Shown: piece by piece, positions 9,225 to 16,937 of the stretch
Layout: the number at the start of each line of letters is the position of its first letter
Position numbering within the stretch: the first letter of the stretch is position 1
DNA from: Thermovirgaceae bacterium
Lineage (GTDB): Bacteria > Synergistota > Synergistia > Synergistales > Thermovirgaceae
Reading direction: 5' to 3'
Assembly: GCA_040767805.1 (NCBI GenBank)
Contig: JAXGNU010000001.1
Coordinates: 207,059 to 271,058 of the forward strand
DNA: 64,000 nt
Translations under genes and position numbers: made by a program
The notes under the pieces: model-generated
What the model saw: the letters and a program-made list of their open reading frames with translations, nothing else
The model's database searches: none
What the model was told of the DNA's origin: nothing

Positions 9225-9496
9225 CTTTTCTCACTCCCCTCACGGAAAAGGGCGAGCACGGAGCAGACCGCCGTGAAAAGAACCGCCGCCTCGCCCAGGG
9301 TGTCGAAACCCCTGTAATCGAAGACTATCGAGGTGACGACGTTGTTCACGGAGCGCTCCCGCTGGGCGTTCTCAAGGTAATAGTCGTCCATGGGGGCCCT
9401 TGCCGTGTCCCCGAAGGGGTGGATCCTGGCCAGGGCGCCCAGGAAGACCCCGGCGACGACGAGGACGGCCACGACGAAAAGGACTTGCCGTTTCAT
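9221..9496 (-). CDS. mbhE: MbhE-type small membrane subunit
   Basis: NVVTSIVFDYRGFDTLGE motif. Confidence 0.9.
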   Translation of the reverse strand: MKRQVLFVVAVLVVAGVFLGALARIHPFGDTARAPMDDYYLENAQRERSVNNVVTSIVFDYRGFDTLGEAAVLFTAVCSVLALFREGSEKR

Positions 9497-9756
9497 CGCC
9501 CCTCACCCCCCCTGGGGCTCTTCAGGGCCTTGCACGCCCTGAGGGCGATGATGTAGATGGCGGTGCTCAGCCCCGCCCCGATGGCCGCTTCGGCGATGGC
9601 CACGTCGGGGGCCTGGAGTATGAAGTACTCCAGGGCCAGCAACAGGCTGAAGACCGCCAGAGAGATGACCGATGAAAGGAGGTCCCGGAACCAGACGGCG
9701 TAAAAGGCCGCGATGACGATGATGGTCAGGACCGCCATGTGGGCGTAACCGTTCAT
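9493..9756 (-). CDS. mbhD: MbhD-type small membrane subunit (DUF4040-like)
   Basis: LQAPDVAIAEAAIGAG motif; start MNGYAH has an ATGA overlap with mbhC. Confidence 0.88.
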   Translation of the reverse strand: MNGYAHMAVLTIIVIAAFYAVWFRDLLSSVISLAVFSLLLALEYFILQAPDVAIAEAAIGAGLSTAIYIIALRACKALKSPRGGEGR

Positions 9757-10124
9757 GCCGAAACACCGCCTTTCTTGCGATGGTCCTCGGCCAGCCTGTC
9801 CACCACGGCGTACTTGGGGAGCACACCGCTCCTGTGGGCCGCGCGGGCTATGGCGTGGGCGCCGGTGGGGTTCGATATGAGAAGGGCGAAGATGGCCAGG
9901 ATTACGTGGACCGAGAGCGTCGTGAAACGCCCCTCGCCGGTCCGCAGGTACATCTGGAGGGCGTAGACCACGACCGCCGCCGAGGTGAATATCGAGCCGA
10001 AGGTGGTGCACTTGGTCGTCCCGTGAAGGCGGGTGTAAACATCGGGGAAGCGGTAAAGGGCGACCGTCCCGAGGAAGTTGAACAGCACGCCGATCGTAAG
10101 GAGGATAAGGGCCGCTTTCTCCAA
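9753..10124 (-). CDS. mbhC: MrpG/MnhG-like subunit (MbhC)
   Basis: RFPDVYTRLH..TK..T.G and NP..AHAIARAA motifs; TTG start inferred just after the mbhB stop. Confidence 0.88.
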   Translation of the reverse strand: MEKAALILLTIGVLFNFLGTVALYRFPDVYTRLHGTTKCTTFGSIFTSAAVVVYALQMYLRTGEGRFTTLSVHVILAIFALLISNPTGAHAIARAAHRSGVLPKYAVVDRLAEDHRKKGGVSA

Positions 10125-10126
10125 GG

Positions 10127-10387
10127 CTAGACACCCCCCTCGACGTGGCGGGCGATGAACAGGGTCCCCACGAAGGAGAGGGCGGCATAAACGATGGCCA
10201 CGTCGACCATTATCACCGAATCGTACACGAGCGAAAGAATGATCATGAGGGCTATAACCATGGTGTTGATGGAGTCGAGAGCCACCACCCTGTCGGGGAC
10301 GGTAGGCCCCGCGATGAGCCTGCCCACCATGGCGAGCGCGCAAAAGCCCGTCACCGCCGCCGCCCAGGCGAAATAGGAAATGATCAT
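10127..10387 (-). CDS. mbhB: MrpF/MnhF-like subunit (MbhB)
   Basis: GPT.PDRVVALD, DVAIVYA.LSFVGT. Confidence 0.9.
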   Translation of the reverse strand: MIISYFAWAAAVTGFCALAMVGRLIAGPTVPDRVVALDSINTMVIALMIILSLVYDSVIMVDVAIVYAALSFVGTLFIARHVEGGV

Positions 10388-10887
10388 CCGGCAACCCTCC
10401 TCGCCCATCTCCCGAAAGAGCCATAGACGCTCTCCTCGGACGGGTCCTCATCGGTCACGTTGATCCAGTGGATGTAGTAGACGCCCGTCTCACCGGAATC
10501 GTCCACGTCGACGGTAAGCGTCCCCGGCGTCAGCGTGATTGAGTTCGCCAGCATGGCCTGGGCCAGGCTCCCCTTCAACCCGGAGTCGATCCTGACGATG
10601 CCGGGGCGGATCTTCCCCGTTATCACCCTGTAGGCCACGTCCAGGTTGGCCTTGGTCATCCCCCAGAGGAAGGGGAACGCGAGGAACAGGATGAACTTGA
10701 CCCAGCGGAGCGGGTTCAGCCCGGCCAGGGTCCAGGACCTGCCCGGGTTCCAGGCCCTCGCGAGGCCGGCCATGACCCCCCCCAGGGCCACCGCTATCCC
10801 CGCCTCGATGGGGTCGATGCCTCCCCCGCTCCACGCCAGCAACAGGTAGGCGGCAACGGAAAGGACAAAAATTACCACACGCCTCAC
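10384..10887 (-). CDS. mbhA: MrpE/MnhE-like subunit (MbhA)
   Basis: ANLDVAYRVI, I.PGIV, LANSITLTPGTLT, YIHWINV. Confidence 0.9.
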   Translation of the reverse strand: MRRVVIFVLSVAAYLLLAWSGGGIDPIEAGIAVALGGVMAGLARAWNPGRSWTLAGLNPLRWVKFILFLAFPFLWGMTKANLDVAYRVITGKIRPGIVRIDSGLKGSLAQAMLANSITLTPGTLTVDVDDSGETGVYYIHWINVTDEDPSEESVYGSFGRWARRVAG

Positions 10888-10973
10888 CCCCCTATTCCAG
10901 TTCTTTCAAGATCGCCGAAGCGATACAGTCCATGAGCGCCCCGCCGATGAGGCCGGGCGCGGGATAAATACAG

Positions 10974-10990
10974 TTATGCATTATACATAA
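10974..10990 (-). promoter_or_regulatory. Candidate mbh promoter: perfect TATAAT (-10; minus strand, 10980-10985) inside a TTATGCA-N3-TACATAA dyad
   Basis: AT-rich island about 95 bp upstream of mbhA; no clear -35. Confidence 0.45.
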
Positions 10991-11123
10991 TAAGCGCCAC
11001 GGGAGAACCCCCAATTTACAATGCCTTTCGGAATCCGGCTTTACGTGCTAGCCTTGACTCTTGAGCCACCCGGCCGGAAAGATGCGGCCGCCCTGTATTG
11101 TAACCCTATCGCGGAAGAAGTGA

Positions 11124-11636
11124 ATGAACAGTTTGAACATAATCAGATGCCTGGCCGTTCTCCTTCTCCTGTCCCTCCCTCCCGGCACCGCCTTCGGGGC
11201 AATCTCCCTCGGGGAGTGGAACTCGGCCGACGCGGGGCTCCTGGCGACCCGGGGCGAAGTGATGGAAAGCCTGGGCCCCCCCGACGGCGCCGGAGGCTCC
11301 GTCGAGTGGTACGACATTTCCGGCGACGAAGGTTTGACGAGGGTCACCCTGGATTATCTCGACGGAGAAAGGGTGCAGGCGATCCACCTGGCCTTCAGGA
11401 GAGGCTCGGTCGACCTGGAGACCCTGGCATCCGTCATAAGGAGCGCCTTTCCGGGCGCATCCGAGGTCTACGGCGACGACCGGATGGCGGTCTTCCTCGG
11501 AGGGACCGACGACGGGGACGGACCGCTCTACTTCCTCGCCCTGGCCGGGGAACCCCTGGGGGACAGGGGGCCCGAACTGGTCTCCATGACCGAGGCGGCC
11601 AACCGGCACTACCAAGAGGAACGGACCCCGGAGTAA
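11124..11636 (+). CDS. Hypothetical exported protein
   Basis: Signal-peptide-like N-terminus (RCLAVLLLLSLPPGTAFG-A) and acidic mature region; no family recognised. Confidence 0.65.
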   Translation: MNSLNIIRCLAVLLLLSLPPGTAFGAISLGEWNSADAGLLATRGEVMESLGPPDGAGGSVEWYDISGDEGLTRVTLDYLDGERVQAIHLAFRRGSVDLETLASVIRSAFPGASEVYGDDRMAVFLGGTDDGDGPLYFLALAGEPLGDRGPELVSMTEAANRHYQEERTPE

Positions 11637-11646
11637 CCCGAGAGGC

Positions 11647-11675
11647 TTGTCAATATATCCCGGAAGGTGTATCCT
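11647..11675 (+). promoter_or_regulatory. Candidate sigma70-type promoter for umuC
   Basis: TTGTCA (11647-11652), 17-bp spacer, TATCCT (11670-11675). Confidence 0.45.
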
Positions 11676-11720
11676 TATAGTAATCTTTTACGGGATCATG
11701 TTTTCCGGGAGTGTCAGATC

Positions 11721-13007
11721 ATGTTCGCCCTCTGCGACTGCAACAACTTCTACGCCTCCTGCGAGAGGCTCTTCAGGCCCGACCTCGAATCCCGCCCCGT
11801 GGCGGTCCTTTCCAACAACGACGGCTGCGTCATAGCCCGCTCCGCCGAAGTGAAGGCCCTGGGCGTACCCATGGGGGCGCCCTATTTCAAGGAAGAGGGC
11901 CGGTTCAGGCATTTCGGCGTGGAGGTCTTCTCCTCGAACTTCCCCCTCTACGAGGACCTCTCCAGGAGGGTCTCCGACGCCCTCCGCAGCATGGCGCCCG
12001 ACGTGGAGATCTACTCCATCGACGAGGCCTTTCTCCGCATCGACGCCCTGCCGGCGGCCGCCTCGGACCCCGAGGGATTCTGCCGCCGCCTCCGCGAGAG
12101 GGTCCTCCGGTGGACGGGGATACCCGTATCGATCGGCCTGGGAGCCACCAAGACGCTAGCCAAGGCGGCCAACAGGATAGCCAAGAGGGACCCCTCCAGG
12201 GGAGGCGTCTTCGCCATGCCCGGCGGCGCGGGGGACGACCCTCACCTCGAAGGGATAGACATAGGCGATACCTGGGGGATCGGCCTCCGCAACGCCCCGA
12301 GGCTGCGCCGTTTCGGGATCGGCACCGCCAGGGGGCTCAAGTACGCCGACGAGGAGTGGCTCAAAAAACGCTTCTCCATCAGCGAGGCCAGGACCTCCAG
12401 GGAGCTCAACGGCCAGGTCTGCCACCCCTTCACCGAGAGGGCGAAACCGCGCAAGACCATAAGGGTATCCAGGAGCTTCGGCAACCCGGTCGTGGACCTT
12501 CACTCCCTCAAGGAGGCCGTCTCGAGCTTCGCCTTCTCGGCGGCCGAGACCCTCAGGAAGCAAGGTTCGGCCGCCGGGAAGATGCACCTCTTCCTGATGA
12601 CCAACCCCTTCGGGGAGGGGCCCGGCTACGCCGCCGGGGCCACGGAGAGATTCGATGTCCCGGCGTCGGGCACAGTCGAGATCGTCGGCCGGGCGGTGAA
12701 GTGCCTGGAAGGGATCTTCGTGGAAGGCCCGGCCTACAAGAAGGCCGGGGTGATACTGACGGACCTGGCCGACGCGGCCTGCCTGCAGCGGCACCTCTTC
12801 ACCCCCATGAGGGACCCCCGGGAGGGGGCCCTCATGGGGGTGATGGACCGGTTGAACCGGGAACTGGGGAAGGGGACCGTCTTCACCGCATCGATGGGCG
12901 TCCACGGCAGGAGGTCCTGGGTGATGCGCCAAGGGCGCGTGTCGCCGCGCTATACGACCCGTTGGGAGGAAATCCCCGCCGTGCTCCCCCCGGAGGAGGC
13001 GCCATGA
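11721..13007 (+). CDS. umuC: Y-family DNA polymerase, UmuC type
   Basis: DCNNFYASCE, VLSNNDGC.IARS, FSSNF.LY.DLS.R, YSIDEAF, TKTLAK.AN; C-terminal SPRYTT.W. Confidence 0.93.
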   Translation: MFALCDCNNFYASCERLFRPDLESRPVAVLSNNDGCVIARSAEVKALGVPMGAPYFKEEGRFRHFGVEVFSSNFPLYEDLSRRVSDALRSMAPDVEIYSIDEAFLRIDALPAAASDPEGFCRRLRERVLRWTGIPVSIGLGATKTLAKAANRIAKRDPSRGGVFAMPGGAGDDPHLEGIDIGDTWGIGLRNAPRLRRFGIGTARGLKYADEEWLKKRFSISEARTSRELNGQVCHPFTERAKPRKTIRVSRSFGNPVVDLHSLKEAVSSFAFSAAETLRKQGSAAGKMHLFLMTNPFGEGPGYAAGATERFDVPASGTVEIVGRAVKCLEGIFVEGPAYKKAGVILTDLADAACLQRHLFTPMRDPREGALMGVMDRLNRELGKGTVFTASMGVHGRRSWVMRQGRVSPRYTTRWEEIPAVLPPEEAP

Positions 13008-13318
13008 TGAACGATCCCAGGTCCGCCACGGGCTTCCCCTCCCCCGCCGACCCCTTCAGGGAGGACCCCCTGGACATAAGTTCGCTGCTGGTCCGGAACC
13101 GGGCGTCCACCTTCCTGATGCGCTCGGCGGGGAGGATCCCCGCCTGGTCCATAGAAGAAGGCGACATCCTCGTCGTGGACCGCTCCTGCCGGGCTGAAAG
13201 GGGCGACCTGGCCGTCATAACCAGGGACGGCAAGCTCGCGCTCTGGGAGGTCCCTTCGGGCGGCGCCTCCACCTGGGGCGTGGTCAGGGGTGTCGTAAGG
13301 GTCCTGAGGCGCCGGTAG
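13004..13318 (+). CDS. Short UmuD-like (S24 fold) protein lacking the catalytic Ser/Lys; 104 aa
   Basis: GGAGGAGG RBS and ATGA overlap with umuC; GFPSPA, LD...LL....STF, GD.LVVDRS, GD, WGVV all align with UmuD; GDSM and TVK are absent. Confidence 0.8.
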   Translation: MMNDPRSATGFPSPADPFREDPLDISSLLVRNRASTFLMRSAGRIPAWSIEEGDILVVDRSCRAERGDLAVITRDGKLALWEVPSGGASTWGVVRGVVRVLRRR

Positions 13319-13343
13319 TGACGGCGGCCGCGCCGCCGCCGAT

Positions 13344-13371
13344 AAAAAAAGCCGCCCCTAAGGGGCGGCTT
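13344..13371 (-). terminator. Intrinsic terminator between the convergent umuD-like and aminotransferase genes (possibly bidirectional)
   Basis: A7 run plus GCCGCCCC-TAA-GGGGCGGC hairpin. Confidence 0.85.
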
Positions 13372-13401
13372 CGGTTCTTGCGGGCCCGCGGGCGCCCGGG
13401 A

Positions 13402-14613
13402 CTAGAAGTTGGAGACGGTCTTGATCCTCCCCGGGTAGGCCTCGAGGCCGGCTTTGAGTATGTCCATGGCCCTGGTCAGGTCCTCCTTCTTGAGGACGTA
13501 GGCCAGGCGGACCTCATCCCTGCCCAGGTTGGGCGTGGCGTAGAAGCCCTCGGCCGGGGCCATCATGACGGTCTCGTTATCGACGTGGAAGTCCTTCAGC
13601 ATCCAGATGACGAATTTCTCGGCGTTGTCTACGGGGAGCTTGGCCACCACGTAGAAGGCGCCCTTGGGCTCCTCGCAGATTACCCCGGGCATCTCCTTGA
13701 TCTTGGAGTAGAGTATGTCCCGGCGGGACTGGTATTCCTTGTTGACCTCCTCCAGGTAGGACCGGGGCGTTTTGTAGAGGGCCACGGCCCCGACCTGCTC
13801 CAGGGTGGGCACGCAGAGCCGGCCCTGGGCCAGTTTCATGGCCTGGGCCATGAGTTCTTCGTTCTTGGAGATCATGCAGCCTATCCTGGCGCCGCAGGCG
13901 CTGTACCGCTTGGAGATGGAGTCGACGAGGATGACCCTGTCCTCTATCCTCTTCATGTTGCCGAAGCTGGTGTACTTCAGGCCGTCGTAGACGAACTCCC
14001 GGTAGACCTCGTCGGAGATGACGTAGAGGTCCTTCTCCAACGCTATGTCGGCGATCATCTCCATCTCTTCCTTCGTGTAGATGACGCCCGTGGGGTTGCC
14101 GGGGTTCGAGAAGAGGATCCCCCTCGTCTGATGAGTGATCTTCTTCAGGATATCGGCCTTGGGGGGGAGGTGGAAGCCTTCCCTGGCCTTGGTCGTGATG
14201 GGGACGAGTTTCACGTTGACGGAAGAGGCGAAAGCGTTGTAGTTAGCGTAGAATGGCTCGGGGACGAGCACCTCGTCGCCGGGGTCGCAGGTGGCCATGA
14301 AAGCGAAGGAGAGGGCTTCGCTGCCTCCGTTGGTGACGATGAGATGCTTCCTCTCGAGGTGGATGTCGTAACCCTTGTAATACCCTATCATGGCGTCTAT
14401 CAACTCGTAGCTGCCATTGGAGGCCGAATAGGCGATGACGTCCTCGGCGAAATTCTTGATGGACTCCAGGAAACCCGGGGGTGTGACGATGTCGGGCTGC
14501 CCGATGTTGAGATGATACACCTTCCGTCCCTCCGCCTTGGCTGCCTCGGCGTAGGGCACCAGTTTGCGGATGGGCGAAGATTGCATCGACGTTACTCTCT
14601 TGGAAAATTTCAT
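13402..14613 (-). CDS. PLP-dependent aminotransferase class I/II (aspartate aminotransferase-like)
   Basis: LNIGQPD, NPGNPTG, SDEVY, DSISKRYSACGARIG. Confidence 0.92.
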   Translation of the reverse strand: MKFSKRVTSMQSSPIRKLVPYAEAAKAEGRKVYHLNIGQPDIVTPPGFLESIKNFAEDVIAYSASNGSYELIDAMIGYYKGYDIHLERKHLIVTNGGSEALSFAFMATCDPGDEVLVPEPFYANYNAFASSVNVKLVPITTKAREGFHLPPKADILKKITHQTRGILFSNPGNPTGVIYTKEEMEMIADIALEKDLYVISDEVYREFVYDGLKYTSFGNMKRIEDRVILVDSISKRYSACGARIGCMISKNEELMAQAMKLAQGRLCVPTLEQVGAVALYKTPRSYLEEVNKEYQSRRDILYSKIKEMPGVICEEPKGAFYVVAKLPVDNAEKFVIWMLKDFHVDNETVMMAPAEGFYATPNLGRDEVRLAYVLKKEDLTRAMDILKAGLEAYPGRIKTVSNF

Positions 14614-14751
14614 CTAAAAACTACCTCCCTGTGATAGTGATATTTACTGTTACTTATTTTAGCACAATATTTCACATACATAATACACATTACCACCTCG
14701 CGGCCCGTAACGGCGGGGAACACCCGAAGGGACCCTTAAGGGAGGACTCCC

Positions 14752-15108
14752 ATGGCGATCATGAGCCTGAAACAGTTCAGGCGGTCCGTCCGCAAAGCCG
14801 TTGAGGCTGTTCCCGGGGAACTGCTGGAACGGCTCAACGGCGGTTTCATAGTGGAGTCCTCGGTCAAGGAAGAGGGCGGCTACCTCATCATGGGCGAGTA
14901 TATTGAAGACCCGGGGCTGGGCAATATCATCATCCTCTACTACGGGTCCTTCCGAGAGGCGATGGGGGGAGCTCCCCTCGAAGAGTGGGAGGAGGAGATC
15001 CTGGAGACGGTGACCCACGAATTGAGGCACCACGTAGAGTCCCTGGCGGGGGTGGACGATCTTTCCATCGAGGAGGAGCGCCTGCTTCAGGAGGACAACC
15101 GTCCGTAG
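14752..15108 (+). CDS. Minimal zincin-like metallopeptidase family protein
   Basis: HELRH (HExxH) motif preceded by an I.LY strand; GGAGG RBS. Confidence 0.75.
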   Translation: MAIMSLKQFRRSVRKAVEAVPGELLERLNGGFIVESSVKEEGGYLIMGEYIEDPGLGNIIILYYGSFREAMGGAPLEEWEEEILETVTHELRHHVESLAGVDDLSIEEERLLQEDNRP

Positions 15109-15662
15109 CGGAAGCAGCGCCTCAGATGGTCGTTGACGAGCCCGACGGCCTGCAGGTGGGAATAGACGACGACGGGGCCCATGAAGGTGAAGCCCCTCCT
15201 TTTGAGTTCCCCGCTCACCCGCCGCGACAGGGGGGTCTCGGAAGGGACCTGCTCCGGGGCGTCCCAACCGCCCACGATGGGTTCCCCTTCAACGAAGCTC
15301 CATAACCACCTGGAAAAGGAGCCTTCCTTCTCCACCAGCCCCAGGAAGGCCCGGGCGTTCGTCACGGCGGCCCGGATCTTTTGCTCATTCCTTATGATGC
15401 CTTCATCCCGGAGAAGCCTTTCCAGGTCGCCCTCCCCGTAGGAGGCAACCCTGGCGGGGTCGAACCCGTGGAAGGCTCCCCGGAAACGCTCCCTTTTCTT
15501 CAAAACGGTCAGCCAACTCAGGCCCGCCTGGAAGGACTCGAGGACCAGGAATTCGAATTGGAGCCCGTCATCGTGGACGGGCACGCCCCACTCACTATCG
15601 TGGTAACCCTGGAGGAGCGGGTGCGACTCCGACCAGGGGCAACGAACCAGGGGCGGGACCAT
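15087..15662 (-). CDS. tag: DNA-3-methyladenine glycosylase I
   Basis: RCPW, YHD.EWGVP, LESFQAGLSW, IIRN..KI.A, GF.F.GP, G.VNDH...C. Confidence 0.93.
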   Translation of the reverse strand: MVPPLVRCPWSESHPLLQGYHDSEWGVPVHDDGLQFEFLVLESFQAGLSWLTVLKKRERFRGAFHGFDPARVASYGEGDLERLLRDEGIIRNEQKIRAAVTNARAFLGLVEKEGSFSRWLWSFVEGEPIVGGWDAPEQVPSETPLSRRVSGELKRRGFTFMGPVVVYSHLQAVGLVNDHLRRCFRYGRLSS

Positions 15663-15726
15663 CCCCGGGCCGAGCGCCTCATAGGCTCGCCGCGGCCCGG
15701 GCTTGTCGCTTGGATATCCGCCGGGG

Positions 15727-16923
15727 TCAGCGATAGCGCCGAGCCTCCTGCTTTTCCTTTTCGAAGTCCGCCCGGATCCTCCGGCGCAGGTCTTCATCGA
15801 GGAACACCGCCAGGGCCGTCCTGGCCATCAGCCTGGCTCCCGTCACCAGGGCCTGGTGGCCCCTTTCGGTGATGGTCGCCTCGGCGAATTCATGGGTATG
15901 AAGGGCCATCGGCTCGTCGACGATGCTCAACTTGGGCTGAAGTGCCGGGCAGCGGTAAGAGACGTTGCCCACGTCCGAAGATCCCTGGGGCCCCGGCGTG
16001 GGGACAAAGGGCACCCCTAACTCCGCCAGGACGCCCTCAACGAATTCCTCCGCAGCGTCGTTCTTGAGCATGTCGTCGAAGCTGTACTCGTAGTTTTTCC
16101 AGGTCACTTCCGTCTCCGTGGCCTGGGCCGCGCCGAGGGCGCAGTTGAATACCCTGGAGACGATGCCGTCGAGGATGGGCCTCTTCGGCGCCCGGAAGTA
16201 GAACCTCGCGGCGGCATGCTCCGGCACGATGTTCGGCGCGAGCCCCCCTTCGGGGATGATGCCGTGGACCCGGGCTTCGGGGATGATGTGCTGGCGGAGC
16301 ATGTCCACGGCGTGGAAGAAGAGTTGCACCCCGTTAAGGGCGTTCCTCCCCGCCCAGGGTTCGCTCGCCGCGTGGGCGGGCTTGCCGGTGAAACGGAACT
16401 CGACGGCGTCCATGGCGAGGCTGCGGTAACCGGCGTAGGTGGAGACGTCGCTGCTGTGGACCATCATGGCCAGGTCGAGGGAATCGAACACGCCCTTTTC
16501 GGCCAGGACGACCTTGGAACCGTTGGTCTCCTCGGCGGGGGTCCCCACCAGGATCAGCGCGCCGCCGGTCTTTTCCATGACACCGGCGAGGCCCGCGGCG
16601 GCGAGGCCGGACATGGCCCCCGAAAGGTTGTGGCCGCAGCCGTGGCCGATGCCGGGCAGGGCGTCGTACTCGAACATGAAGCAGACTTTCGGGCCCGCGG
16701 GGTCTCCCTTCGTTGAAAAAAAGGAGGTGGCCAGCCCCATGAAAGGTGTCTGGACGTCGTAGCCGGCCTCTTCAAGGAAGGCCGCGTGCTTTTTACAGGC
16801 TTCGAACTCTTTTTCGGACAACTCCGGGTTCCTGGCGAGCCAGTCGCTTAGGTCGATCGCCCGCTTGGAGAAATGCTTGATCCCCGCCTCGACTTCCTTC
16901 CATAGCTCTTTCACATCGGCCAT
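15727..16923 (-). CDS. M20 family amidohydrolase (ACY1L2/AbgB-like)
   Basis: PEL...E, EYDALPGIGHGCGHN, GTPAEE, G..AHA...PW.G.NAL, GSSDVGNVS. Confidence 0.9.
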   Translation of the reverse strand: MADVKELWKEVEAGIKHFSKRAIDLSDWLARNPELSEKEFEACKKHAAFLEEAGYDVQTPFMGLATSFFSTKGDPAGPKVCFMFEYDALPGIGHGCGHNLSGAMSGLAAAGLAGVMEKTGGALILVGTPAEETNGSKVVLAEKGVFDSLDLAMMVHSSDVSTYAGYRSLAMDAVEFRFTGKPAHAASEPWAGRNALNGVQLFFHAVDMLRQHIIPEARVHGIIPEGGLAPNIVPEHAAARFYFRAPKRPILDGIVSRVFNCALGAAQATETEVTWKNYEYSFDDMLKNDAAEEFVEGVLAELGVPFVPTPGPQGSSDVGNVSYRCPALQPKLSIVDEPMALHTHEFAEATITERGHQALVTGARLMARTALAVFLDEDLRRRIRADFEKEKQEARRYR

Positions 16924-16937
16924 TACGGGGCACCTCC

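Noticed and set aside
11711..13003. 535-aa ORF (11711-13318) suggesting a long fusion ending in a UmuD-like domain
   Set aside because: The first ~430 aa are an off-frame shadow of umuC (R/G/P-rich). The real gene starts at 13004 with its own RBS.
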